This document shows, piece by piece, positions 1-9,242 of a stretch of DNA of 27,473 nucleotides. The position numbers and the translations under genes were made by a program. This DNA comes from a bacterium (GTDB lineage Bacteria; Zhuqueibacterota; Zhuqueibacteria; Oceanimicrobiales; Oceanimicrobiaceae), in assembly GCA_046757025.1 (NCBI GenBank), contig JBHHXN010000059.1, forward strand, positions 1-27,473. Reading direction: 5' to 3'. The notes below the pieces were generated by a model, which saw only the letters and a list, made by a program, of their open reading frames with translations, ran no database searches and was not told the DNA's origin. Within the stretch, counting starts at the first letter, position 1. Each line of letters begins with the position of its first letter.

Positions 1-185
1 TCGAATTAAAGATTCTTTCAACCCAATGTCTAAATCGCAGAATCCCTGACAAACAAACATTTGAGCGAGAAGTGAATCAATGGCAAAATCAGCGTAATTT
101 TCTCAAGTCAAAAGTCGATTGGCGCTTCTCATCTGATGACGCCAGGATTAAGTTAAAACGATTATATCCAACGTTATTTTCTTGA
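1..185 (+). mobile_element. C-terminal part of an IS630-family transposase, truncated by the window start
   Basis: Frame 3 reads ELKILSTQCLNRRIPDKQTFEREVNQWQNQRNFLKSKVDWRFSSDDARIKLKRLYPTLFS* (TGA 183-185). The QCLxRRI...WxF...ARIKLKRLYP tail is typical of IS630 transposases. The element end ...TGACACGATAC is followed by TA in a CTAG context (193-196), the IS630 target. Not in the supplied ORF track. Confidence 0.85.
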
Positions 186-193
186 CACGATAC

Positions 194-600
194 TAGTGGC
201 AATTTGAATCCACTCCATGCTGGATCCGATTCCCCCGAGCAGCGTGGGTTTGAGAATGACAAACGCCGGTTGGATGGTTTGCAGCAACTCGGTTTTTTTT
301 TGAAAATCGCTCACGCCAATGAGCTCTTCATCCAGGGCGATGGGAATGGGACTACTAATACAGACCTCCGCCATTTATCCGCGTACAAACCTCGGCCAAT
401 TTGACTTCAAAATTATCCCGATCATCCACACTCAAACCTTTTAGCGGCGAAGCTTCACCCAGACCCAGAATGCCGGGGGATTCGTTTCGTTGCAAGCCCA
501 GGATGAACACTTGGTGATCATACAAAATCCCGCGGGAGGGGCCCATGGGTTTGATGAATTTCAGGGTAACTTTTTTGTACTCAGCGTGGTATGAATTCAA
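194..600 (-). pseudogene. menC: o-succinylbenzoate synthase, disrupted by internal deletion with frameshift and by IS630 insertion
   Basis: ORF 355..600 gives the Bacteroidetes-type MenC N-terminus (FIKPMGPSRG...GLGEASPLKGLSVDDR). ORF 174..374, in another frame, gives PIALDEELIG...ILKPTLLGG...EWI. The central KxK, DAN and EQP motifs are absent and the C-terminus is cut at the IS end. It lies directly downstream of menA. Confidence 0.8.
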
Positions 601-1487
601 AACAGAATGCCTACTCCAAAACTGAAACTGAACAACAGTGTGATGATCGCCATTTGTTTTAAATAAGGATCGATTTCGGCTGCTTCAAATTTCAACGAAA
701 TGCCATAACCGTTTAAAAATAAAAGCGGAATATTGATCAGGAACAAAAACTGCCAGGGGCTTTTGAAGGTCAAAAGGGTGAAAATGAGCGCGCACACCAT
801 GCCCATGATCAAGAGCAGCCAGTGATAAATACGGGCGTTCTTCTCACCCAGCCTCACAGGAATGGTAAATTTTCCAGCTAATCGATCCGAGGCCATGTCG
901 CGGATGTTGTTGATATTTAAAACCGCCACGCAGAACAAGCCGCAGGCAAGCGCCGGAAACAGCACCAGTAAATTCCAGCGGTGGGTCTGTAAATAGTAGG
1001 AACCGAACACGCCGATGATGCCAAAAAAGATCAGGACGAAAATGTCGCCCAATCCAGCATAACCGTACGGGTTGGGCCCTACTGTGTAGGTTAATGCCGC
1101 GAGAATGGCCGCCAATCCCGCTGCATAAAATAAAAGACTCTCATTTTTGATGAGCAAAAATCCTACCATGAGCGCCAGTGAAATAAACACCACCAGGGCG
1201 GTTCGCATGGCCGCTTTGGAGATCTTGCCCGACTGTACGGCTCTTTGCGGTCCCTTGCGATGCGAGCCGTCGGCGCCGTGCAGACTGTCGCCGTAATCGT
1301 TGGCCAAATTGGAAAGGATTTGCAGGATGATAGCGGTTGCGAAACAAAGTGCCGCCACCCGCCAATTAAAGTTATTTTCAGAGGCGGCTAAAAAACACCC
1401 CAGGGAAATGCTGGCCGTGGCCAGCGGCAAAGTTCGCAGCCGCAAGGCCGAAAACCAGATTTTGATGTTGGATTTTTTTTGCTGCAT
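597..1487 (-). CDS. menA: 1,4-dihydroxy-2-naphthoate polyprenyltransferase
   Basis: UbiA-family membrane protein with RLRTLPL, QILSNLANDYGD and NINNIRD motifs; men operon context. Confidence 0.95.
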   Translation of the reverse strand: MQQKKSNIKIWFSALRLRTLPLATASISLGCFLAASENNFNWRVAALCFATAIILQILSNLANDYGDSLHGADGSHRKGPQRAVQSGKISKAAMRTALVVFISLALMVGFLLIKNESLLFYAAGLAAILAALTYTVGPNPYGYAGLGDIFVLIFFGIIGVFGSYYLQTHRWNLLVLFPALACGLFCVAVLNINNIRDMASDRLAGKFTIPVRLGEKNARIYHWLLLIMGMVCALIFTLLTFKSPWQFLFLINIPLLFLNGYGISLKFEAAEIDPYLKQMAIITLLFSFSFGVGILF

Positions 1488-1647
1488 CAGATTTGGTATT
1501 TTAAATAAACCTTCTTTTTTATTTTATCAGTTGTTGGTTTTTAGCGATTGATTTTGAATTTGCTGATAAAGTTATTTACCCTCTTTTCTGTCTTTAATGG
1601 CGACTGTAAGACTTTAATATTTTTATCTGATATGTCATCAGGTTGAC

Positions 1648-1689
1648 AAGGCAAAAGGCAAAAGCCAACAGCGAAAGGCAAATAGCTGA
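1648..1689. repeat. Degenerate 7-nt tandem repeat in the menB-menA spacer
   Basis: aaggcaa aaggcaa aagccaa cagcgaa aggcaaa tagctga read directly from the sequence. Confidence 0.6.
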
Positions 1690-1732
1690 ACAAGTTAGCT
1701 TTTCTAAATTTAATTAATGCCAGTCGATCAAA

Positions 1733-2560
1733 TCAGGGATACCGCTTAAATTTCTTAAAATTTGGCGGCCGTTTTTCCACATACGCCTTTCTGCCCTCGT
1801 TGGCTTCGTCGGTGAGGTAGTAGAGCAGAGTGGCGTTGCCGGCCAGTTCCTGCAGCCCGGCCTGTCCGTCCAATTCGGCGTTAAAAGCGGATTTCAGCAA
1901 TCGAATGGCCATGGGGCTTTTGGAAAGAATTTTGTTGCACCATTCCACTGCGGTGCTCTCCAACTCTTTCAAAGGCACGACTTTGTTCACCAGGCCCATG
2001 TCTAGTGCGTCCTGTGCGTCGTATTGATCGCACAAATACCAGATTTCTCGGGCCTTTTTCTGCCCCACGCAGCGAGCTAAAAAAGAGGCGCCAAACCCGC
2101 CGTCAAAGCTGCCGACTTTGGGTCCGGTCTGGCCGAAACGGGCGTTGTCAGCGGCGATGGTCAGATCGCACACTACGTGCAAAACGTGGCCGCCGCCGAT
2201 GGCCCAGCCCGCCACCATAGCGATAACCGGTTTCGGCATGGAGCGAATCTGTTTCTGCACATCCAGAATGTTCAATCGCGGTACCCCGTCTTTGCCCACA
2301 TAGCCGCCCACGTCCCGCACGCGTTGATCGCCGCCACTACAAAACGCCTTGCCGCCTTCGCCGGTGAGAATCACTACGCCGACCTCGGTGTTTTGTCGGG
2401 CCAATTCAAACGCCTCAGACAGCTCGAACACGGTTTTGGGTCGGAAAGCGTTGTGCACTTGCGGACGGTTGATGCTGATTTTGGCAATGCCGTTGTGGTA
2501 GGTAAAAAGAATATCTTCAAACTCTTTTAACGTTTCCCACGTTATTTTTTGGTCGTTCAT
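1733..2560 (-). CDS. menB: 1,4-dihydroxy-2-naphthoyl-CoA synthase
   Basis: Crotonase fold with [35 protein letters not shown] and [14 protein letters not shown]. Confidence 0.97.
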   Translation of the reverse strand: MNDQKITWETLKEFEDILFTYHNGIAKISINRPQVHNAFRPKTVFELSEAFELARQNTEVGVVILTGEGGKAFCSGGDQRVRDVGGYVGKDGVPRLNILDVQKQIRSMPKPVIAMVAGWAIGGGHVLHVVCDLTIAADNARFGQTGPKVGSFDGGFGASFLARCVGQKKAREIWYLCDQYDAQDALDMGLVNKVVPLKELESTAVEWCNKILSKSPMAIRLLKSAFNAELDGQAGLQELAGNATLLYYLTDEANEGRKAYVEKRPPNFKKFKRYP

Positions 2561-4290
2561 GTAAACTCCTTCATCATGGATTTAAATTGCAAAAAAGTGT
2601 CTGTGTTGACTTTTTTGTCCGTAAGAATCTCCAGAATCGCTGGTTTTTCCGCGGGCGAAAAAATTTCCTTTAAAGTCCGTTCAAGCGTCGCCAGCGAATC
2701 ACAGGCGAGGTAATTCAGTCCGTGATCCTGAGCGGTGTTTTTTGCGGTTAAACCATGCTCCACCTCGAAATGCTCGGCTAATTCAGGCAAATCCCGGGCG
2801 CCGTCCAAAATTCGAAAGATTCCACCACCCTGATTGTTGATCACGACGATGCGCAGATTCGACGGCAGGTAGCGGTGCCACAAGGCGTTGCGATCGTAAA
2901 AAAACGCTAAGTCGCCGATGATGGCCGTGGTAAGGTCTTCGGTGGCCAGAGCCGCACCCACCGCCGTGCTCAAGGTACCGTCGATGCCGCTGGTACCGCG
3001 GTTCGAATTTACCCGAATTTTTGAGGTGGGCTCAAGTCCCAAAAAATTTGCCAATCGTACGATGAAACTGTTGCCCAGTTGCACCTGACTGCTTGAAGGT
3101 AGTGAGCGTAGTAGTAAATTCATGACGGAAAATTCACAATGCGGCAAGTGCTGTAGAAACGTCTTAAACGCCTGCCGGGCTCGGTGGTCCAATTTCGACC
3201 AAACACCGAAAAAGGTATTTAGATTTGGGGTTGTTTGAGTTTTTTTGTCGGATTTATTTAAATCTGCCAATCCCGCTAAATTAGTAAAAAAATACTCTGG
3301 CGAAACTGGAACCACCCGCGTCAACGATTGAAACGTATCTATGAACCGGAAGTCGGTTTGAATGTGCCAGTGGTTTTGGGGCTTGAATCGTCTCAAAAAC
3401 GACTTTAGATTTTTGGAGACCACCGGTCCACCAAAACTCACCAGCAGCTCCGGAGCCAATTCATGCAATAACGATTCTGAATCGGTTCCCGTAATGAAAT
3501 CCGAAAAAAACACTTTTTGCACACCGTGCAAATTGCTGGTAACGTCTCCGATAAAAACGGATTGTTCATCCTGTTGCAGCGCAGTTAAGGCGTCGGCAAG
3601 CGCAGGGCTGGGTTTGTTCAAGCCGCCCAGGATCAGACGCCGGCTGGCCGTCTGCCAAACCGTCATCAACTCGGACCAAACCGCATCTTCAAGAACCCGC
3701 GTGGCAGGCGTCGGAAAAATGGTTTTGCAATCCTCGTGATAATTGAATTCGGAATCGGGATACAAAGGTTCACGCAGCGGCACGTTGATGTGTACGGGTC
3801 CGGCCACCGGTTGCAGACTCAGATGGATGGCCTCCGAGATAATTCTCTCGCTGTGCCATCTGGCATCGGGATGCGAGGTATCCACCGGCAGCTCAAAGCT
3901 GCCGCGACAATGCGGCCGGAAAACTTCTCTCTGGTGAATGGTCTGATTGTCATTTTGATCGATCCACTCTGGCGGGCGATCTGCTGTGAAAACAAGGAGA
4001 GGGATTTGCTGATAAAACGCCTCGGCGACGGCCGGTGCATAATTCAACACCGCCGTGCCAGAAGTGCAAACCAGGCCCACCGGCTTTTCCAATTGCTGCG
4101 CCAGACCCAGTGCGATGAAGGCAGCAGAGCGTTCGTCCACTACGGTACGGCAGGTCAAATTCGGATGCCGCACAAAGGCCAGCGTGAGGGGTGCAGAACG
4201 GGAACCGGCAGAAATGATGAAATTGCTTACGCCGTTTCGAGCACAAATTTCAGCGATTTGGACAATTGACGGCTTAAAATTGGTCATCAC
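2557..4290 (-). CDS. menD: SEPHCHC synthase (thiamine diphosphate dependent)
   Basis: [50 protein letters not shown] and GDLAFFYD...NNQGGGIF motifs. Confidence 0.96.
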   Translation of the reverse strand: MMTNFKPSIVQIAEICARNGVSNFIISAGSRSAPLTLAFVRHPNLTCRTVVDERSAAFIALGLAQQLEKPVGLVCTSGTAVLNYAPAVAEAFYQQIPLLVFTADRPPEWIDQNDNQTIHQREVFRPHCRGSFELPVDTSHPDARWHSERIISEAIHLSLQPVAGPVHINVPLREPLYPDSEFNYHEDCKTIFPTPATRVLEDAVWSELMTVWQTASRRLILGGLNKPSPALADALTALQQDEQSVFIGDVTSNLHGVQKVFFSDFITGTDSESLLHELAPELLVSFGGPVVSKNLKSFLRRFKPQNHWHIQTDFRFIDTFQSLTRVVPVSPEYFFTNLAGLADLNKSDKKTQTTPNLNTFFGVWSKLDHRARQAFKTFLQHLPHCEFSVMNLLLRSLPSSSQVQLGNSFIVRLANFLGLEPTSKIRVNSNRGTSGIDGTLSTAVGAALATEDLTTAIIGDLAFFYDRNALWHRYLPSNLRIVVINNQGGGIFRILDGARDLPELAEHFEVEHGLTAKNTAQDHGLNYLACDSLATLERTLKEIFSPAEKPAILEILTDKKVNTDTFLQFKSMMKEFT

Positions 4291-5614
4291 AGAGCACCCG
4301 GTCAGTCACAGAAATTGATTCCGAATATTCCTCAACGGATCCCTGAAACTGGTGCTTTGAATTGAGAATATTCAGCAAGGCTTTGAGCTTGAGCTCCGTT
4401 TCCACGCCTTCTTTTTCTGGAATGGAATCCTCGGTGATGCCGGAACCGGCGTACAGGATTGCTGAAGTAGGCAAAAGCTGCAAACAGCGCAAGTTGACAA
4501 ACAGTTGCGTATGGCCATGCAAATTGACTGGACCCAAAAATCCTGCGTACAGCTCGCGATCATGGGTTTCCATTTCCTGAATAAATCGATACGCCATCAT
4601 TTTGGGAACACCGCAAACCGCGGGGGTGGGATGCAAGTCTGTTAAAAATCGATTGATGTCTATCTGCCGCCTATTCTGTGCCAGATGATATCCGAATTGG
4701 GTTTTTAAATGCAGCAGGTTGCCGATCTGCACGGTGGTGGGTCCCGCCTCCTTAAAATCAGCAATGCCTTGTTGCCGAAAACACTCTCGGATGTAATCGC
4801 TGACGATGGCTTGTTCCACAAGCTCCTTTTTTCCCCAGTCCTTATCATTGGTCTTTTCCACAGAGCGCGTACCGGCTAACGCCACGGTCATCAATTCCTC
4901 ATCGCTCACGCTTATCAACAGTTCGGGAGTAGCCCCAATCCAGGTACCCATCTCTGGAATCGCCACCAGCGAAATAAAGGCATTGGGATATTCACAACAC
5001 AATTTATGGTACAGCACAAACGGATCGAAGTGTTGACGCAAATTGTACTCAACACAGCGGGAAATGACCACCTTTTCCAATTCGGTGCGGCGGATGGATG
5101 CCACCGCTTTTTCAACCCACTGGCAGTAATCGTCGTTGCTCACAGATGGAATATTTTTTGTCTCAGCCGCGGCAAACCATTTACTGGTGAGTATTCGGTC
5201 AAGACCGTTGTTTTTGCTTTGAAATGCTTGGCTCAGCTCATCAACGGTTTGCTCGTAACGGCTTTTGTTTGCCAACAGTCGTGAATGACCATTTTCATTA
5301 TTTGCGAGAAAGGTCTCAGCCGTTGAATTTTGTAAATAGAGATGACCCTCAATAAATACAGACGTGTTTTCTTCTTGACTAAAAAACGGCGTGAGTACAA
5401 AGCCCGCAGCGGCATCGTTTAGATCAAGATTTATTCTCGAGTAGGCGCCGTCAAAATTGACAACGGCACATTGCTCGCGACTGTTCGGCAAGCGCCAGAT
5501 GGCAATGGGCAAGCGATTCAAAATCGCAGCGTAATAATGCATTTTAAAATTTTCCGGATAACGCATGTGCGGCAGAATGCGCTTATCTGTGGTTCTATTT
5601 CCCTTTTCCATCAA
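4274..5614 (-). CDS. menF: Isochorismate synthase (chorismate-binding family)
   Basis: KVVISR, WIGATPELL, ALAGT, LHPTPAVCG, LFVNLRC and YAGSGIT motifs; overlaps the menD start. The start may be TTG 5614 or ATG 5611. Confidence 0.9.
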   Translation of the reverse strand: MMEKGNRTTDKRILPHMRYPENFKMHYYAAILNRLPIAIWRLPNSREQCAVVNFDGAYSRINLDLNDAAAGFVLTPFFSQEENTSVFIEGHLYLQNSTAETFLANNENGHSRLLANKSRYEQTVDELSQAFQSKNNGLDRILTSKWFAAAETKNIPSVSNDDYCQWVEKAVASIRRTELEKVVISRCVEYNLRQHFDPFVLYHKLCCEYPNAFISLVAIPEMGTWIGATPELLISVSDEELMTVALAGTRSVEKTNDKDWGKKELVEQAIVSDYIRECFRQQGIADFKEAGPTTVQIGNLLHLKTQFGYHLAQNRRQIDINRFLTDLHPTPAVCGVPKMMAYRFIQEMETHDRELYAGFLGPVNLHGHTQLFVNLRCLQLLPTSAILYAGSGITEDSIPEKEGVETELKLKALLNILNSKHQFQGSVEEYSESISVTDRVLCDDQF

Positions 5615-5743
5615 AATAGAAATGCCCTCCTTAAAAAAACCGTATCTGAATTAAAATTAGTCGCTCAACGTCAAACATCGACAACTTTTTATCACTATGT
5701 GGTAGTGTCCAAAATCAAGTATCGAAACAAATTGAAGTATTCA

Positions 5744-5816
5744 GATTGTGGATTGTGGATTGTGCAGGTTAACTATTTACACGTTAATTCCGAAATCCGT
5801 ATTCTGCAATCGAAAT
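5744..5816. repeat. Converging 7-nt tandem arrays forming an imperfect inverted repeat
   Basis: gattgtg x3 (5744-5764), a ~21-nt spacer, then aattccg aaatccg tattctg caatcga, a degenerate reverse complement. Confidence 0.65.
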
Positions 5817-5920
5817 GTTTCAGATTTCCTTTTTTCGCTTTACCCCGACGCCTGTCGGGGCCATCTTTTCGCAGCAGCTTCTGCGAAAAAGCTCAGAAAC
5901 TATGTCCGTTTACATGCGCA

Positions 5921-6430
5921 TCAAGAAATCAATTTCATCAGCAATTTAAAGCGATCGGTTGAAATGACCTTATTTTCTAAAAGTTTTTTCAAACTCTCAA
6001 TTGCAAAGCCCGTCATTTCATGCAATCGCTTTAACTTTTCGGCGCTGTGCCGATCTTCTTTATCGATGGATTCCAGCAAGGAATCGATGTTTTCCTGGAT
6101 CTTCGTGGTTAACTTCAACTCCCGATTGCGGAGTACATTGTAGATCACTTCCACTAGGTCGGTGTTGGACTGGTAGCCCGGCGACTTGGCGTTGCCGATG
6201 TTCACCTTCTCTATCACCTGATAAGCGATCAACTCCGAAAGGGTCATACTGATCAGCCCTTTGGTGACGCCCAGTTTTCGTGTGAGCTCTTTGGCGGTGA
6301 TTGGTTGATTAGACAAATAAATGTGCACCCAAACGCGCCCATGAATTTCTTTAAAGCCCCAGTACTTAATAAACTCGCCTACGGATTCGGCTAACTGCTG
6401 TATTTTATTTTCTAAACTATCCTTCTGCAT
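5921..6430 (-). CDS. GbsR/MarR-family winged-helix transcriptional regulator
   Basis: YWGFKEIHGRVWVHIYLSNQPITAKELTRKLGVTKGLISMTLSEL fits the GbsR-type N-terminal HTH; 169 aa. Confidence 0.8.
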   Translation of the reverse strand: MQKDSLENKIQQLAESVGEFIKYWGFKEIHGRVWVHIYLSNQPITAKELTRKLGVTKGLISMTLSELIAYQVIEKVNIGNAKSPGYQSNTDLVEVIYNVLRNRELKLTTKIQENIDSLLESIDKEDRHSAEKLKRLHEMTGFAIESLKKLLENKVISTDRFKLLMKLIS

Positions 6431-6469
6431 TCAGCTTCAAATGGTGTGGAAGTTAATTTAGTTCAAAAC

Positions 6470-6498
6470 AATTTAAACAATTCAGCCCTTTTTGTCAA
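6470..6498 (-). promoter_or_regulatory. Sigma70-type promoter of the GbsR-like gene
   Basis: Minus strand: TTGACA (6493-6498), 17 nt, TAAATT (6470-6475). Confidence 0.6.
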
Positions 6499-6556
6499 GC
6501 TTTTCCGCCAACCTTCCAGGTTTTAGGAACCCGGAGGGATGTTTAAACGTCTTAAC

Positions 6557-6585
6557 TTGACAATTTGAATTTATCTGTTTATATT
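6557..6585 (+). promoter_or_regulatory. Sigma70-type promoter of the 6629 gene
   Basis: TTGACA (6557-6562), 17 nt, TATATT (6580-6585); AGGAGG RBS at 6618-6623. Confidence 0.65.
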
Positions 6586-6628
6586 TTAGAACCTCAAAAA
6601 TCTTACCTTAAAATCATAGGAGGTTGCT

Positions 6629-7042
6629 ATGAGTAAATATGTGGGTGTATGGGTCAGCCACGGCTTGGCTAAAATTGTTAGCTTAAACCACAAAGGACAC
6701 TCTTCCCTCTTAACCATTGAATCCAATATTGAAAAAAAACATAAATCCACAAGCGGTTCTCCGCCGAAAACGCCTTATTCTCACGGCGGTGTAGCAGTGC
6801 CCAAATACCAGGATCGCGTCGCTCATCAACTACAACATTTCTACTCCTCCATTCTAACAAAAACCGCCTTTGCGGATCATATTTATTTACTGGGGCCGGG
6901 TCTCGCTAAAAAGGAATTAAAAAACGAATTTGAAAAAAGAAAAAACCTGGCACACAAAATAATTGATATCGAACCGTCGGATAAAATGACCGACGCACAG
7001 CTCATCGCCAAAATAAAAGCCCGGTTTGGATTCAAAAGATAA
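6629..7042 (+). CDS. Small eRF1-domain-2-like / host-attachment-like protein (putative translation-associated factor)
   Basis: Strong RBS and promoter. The pattern VGVWVSH..AKIV...FY..I......D.IYLLGPGLAKKEL...DKMTDAQLIAKIK.F resembles this family; function uncertain. Confidence 0.6.
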   Translation: MSKYVGVWVSHGLAKIVSLNHKGHSSLLTIESNIEKKHKSTSGSPPKTPYSHGGVAVPKYQDRVAHQLQHFYSSILTKTAFADHIYLLGPGLAKKELKNEFEKRKNLAHKIIDIEPSDKMTDAQLIAKIKARFGFKR

Positions 7043-7139
7043 ATGCTAACCTAAATAAAAAAATTGTGCAATCAAAAAAACAGGGCACGGCAGCCATTTC
7101 TGCCTCTGAGTTTGTTACGGTCTTTCAGGTCGAATGAAA

Positions 7140-7321
7140 ACTTAGTGCTCTATTTCATAAATAGTGGTAGGGATCACAAAATTCCATAGCCGCTACCGCT
7201 CTTCACCCTGAGTCCCGAAACGAGTTTGGGAAAGGGTGAAATTCATGGTGACTGGAATTTGATTTGAGACTCACCATGAAGCCAGGTACCCGACAATCAA
7301 TTTTGAAATAGAGCACTAAGT
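7140..7321. mobile_element. MITE-like element with 18-bp perfect terminal inverted repeat and three internal hairpins
   Basis: acttagtgctctatttca (7140-7157) is the exact reverse complement of tgaaatagagcactaagt (7304-7321). TA at 7143-7144 and 7317-7318 could be a TA target duplication. No ORF. Confidence 0.65.
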
Positions 7322-7913
7322 GCCACACACACAACCGCTTTCCAGAGCTTTAAATTTACAATCCTTGCTAAACGATTTTAGATAAATAGGTCTTGCGCTA
7401 TTTAACGACAGCATCTTGCCACCCTCCACCAAGTCGCTTAAAATTCGCTCCTTTTATTCTACCGTTGCATCTGGCATTTCGAATTCAGTGCAAACATTTT
7501 AAGAGGTAGAATAAGTCATTCCTACGGAGCTCAATTAGGTGGTGGGGATTTTTCTGTAAACATTTCACTTCTAACGGAGTTCCATCTCAGCGAACCAATG
7601 CTTGAGTTGACTCGAAAACGCTGTATGGGATCGCTCAGAATGACCAGATTGGATAAAGGCTGAGTTAGCTGGATGACCGTAATGTTACTGGCTGATTTTA
7701 AAAAGATTTCTCGGCCATCGTAAGTGATTGTTAATTTATTTACATCCATTTTAAATCCTGTAAGATTTAGGTCGTATTAATAAAAAATAAACTTCGTGCA
7801 ATTAAATGCCAAAAAATTACGAAACTAACATTATGTTAAACCGTATTCATTTTTTGTGGCTGCCCATATCATATCATGGTTTCAAATATCAGAAAATGTA
7901 TGAGGAGAAAAAC

Positions 7914-9035
7914 ATGTTTTACAAATTGATGATCCTTTTTTTGGCGTTGATTCTGATGACAGGATTCGCGCAAATGAACTGCGCCAACGGCGATGCTCAC
8001 AACAGCAACAACGGCGCCTACACAGACGAAACCAAAACGGATTCCACCGCCATCAAAAAGCATGAGAAAGAAAAAGCCAAAGAAGAAGAGGAGCTCATTC
8101 CGGTCGAAATCACCACTGCCAAAACGGGCGACATTTCTTCTTTTATTCTTTTGAGTTCGAACCTTGAAACGGAAAGAATGACCGATGTTTACGCACGAGT
8201 TCAAGGGTTAGTGGAGGAAATTTATGCTGAAGAGGGCGATTTTGTAAGCAAAAATCAGATTTTGCTCAAATTAGAGGCGGACGAGTACGAGCTAGCCGAA
8301 GCCAAAGCGAAAGTGGACTATGAGCAAGAAAAAAATCTTTACGCCAGAAAACAGGCCATGTTCGAAAAACAACTGCTCAGCAAAGAAGAGTTCGAAACCG
8401 CCAAATTTGGAGTGGACGCGAAAAAAATTCAATGGCAGCAGGCCAAGTTGAATCTGGATTATACCAGCATCACTTCACCCATTGCCGGCGTGATCGGCGA
8501 GCGGCTGGCGCGCCTGGGCGACCGCATCCAGCCCACAGACAAGCTGTTTACGGTCATCAACGCCGAGGAAATGATCGCCGTGGTACACATACCGGAAAAA
8601 GAAATCAGAACCATCTCCAAAGGACAAACAGCGTACATTACCTCCCAGCATTTGAACAACGAACGCTTTTCAGGGTGGATAAAACGCGTCAGCCCGGTAG
8701 TGGATCCACAAAGCGGCACCTTTAAGGTGACCATTGGCATTCGCAACAAGAACAACCGCTTGCGGCCGGGCATGTTTGTCAATGTTCACATCATTACCGA
8801 CACCCACAACAATACCGTGTTGATTCCGAAAACCGCCATCATTTATGAAAATGAAAATATTCACGTCTTCGTGGTGCGGGACAGCATCGCGCATAAAATC
8901 ACCCTGAAAGCGGGTTACCAGGATTTTGAAAAAATCGAATCGCTGTCCGGCATCGCAGCGGATGAAAAAATCATCGTGGTGGGTCAGGCAGGATTGAAAG
9001 ATCAGACCAAAGTCAAGATCGTGGCCGAGCGGTAG
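7914..9035 (+). CDS. RND efflux periplasmic adaptor (membrane fusion protein)
   Basis: Lipoyl-hairpin motifs (VYARVQGLVEEIYAEEGDFV, ITSPIAGVI, ISPVVDP-like VSPVVDPQSGTF, LRPGMFV). Start placed at ATG 7914 after GAGGAG, giving a hydrophobic N-terminal signal/anchor. Confidence 0.92.
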   Translation: MFYKLMILFLALILMTGFAQMNCANGDAHNSNNGAYTDETKTDSTAIKKHEKEKAKEEEELIPVEITTAKTGDISSFILLSSNLETERMTDVYARVQGLVEEIYAEEGDFVSKNQILLKLEADEYELAEAKAKVDYEQEKNLYARKQAMFEKQLLSKEEFETAKFGVDAKKIQWQQAKLNLDYTSITSPIAGVIGERLARLGDRIQPTDKLFTVINAEEMIAVVHIPEKEIRTISKGQTAYITSQHLNNERFSGWIKRVSPVVDPQSGTFKVTIGIRNKNNRLRPGMFVNVHIITDTHNNTVLIPKTAIIYENENIHVFVVRDSIAHKITLKAGYQDFEKIESLSGIAADEKIIVVGQAGLKDQTKVKIVAER

Positions 9036-9242
9036 CCGGTTTTTTGATTCCATGCCAAGATCATTTGCAAAACTTTTAATTTAAATGACCATGCTTTCCC
9101 ATTTAAAAAAAATGAGCTACTGTTCTCACGAAATGGCGGCTGTAAATAGGCAAATCACGCCCCAGTCTGTAAAATTCAAGAAGCACTAAAACGACTCATT
9201 CATTTAAAAATTACGAATATCTAAAACAAAGTGGCAAATTAA

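Noticed and set aside
5471..6252. Plus-strand ORFs 5471..5962, 5748..6143 and 6001..6252
   Set aside because: Antisense shadows of menF and the regulator that cross repeat DNA; the same applies to the other short ORFs nested in the long genes.
7140..7321. MITE as a derivative of the IS630 at the window start
   Set aside because: Its terminal repeat (gtgctctatttca) does not match that IS end (gtatcgtgtcaag on the reverse strand) beyond the first two bases.
7531..7749. 72-aa minus-strand ORF in the intergenic region
   Set aside because: No recognisable motif or clear RBS, and it runs through repeat-like DNA.
7806..7913. Longer N-terminus of the adaptor protein given in the ORF track
   Set aside because: The GAGGAG RBS and signal-like sequence support ATG 7914.
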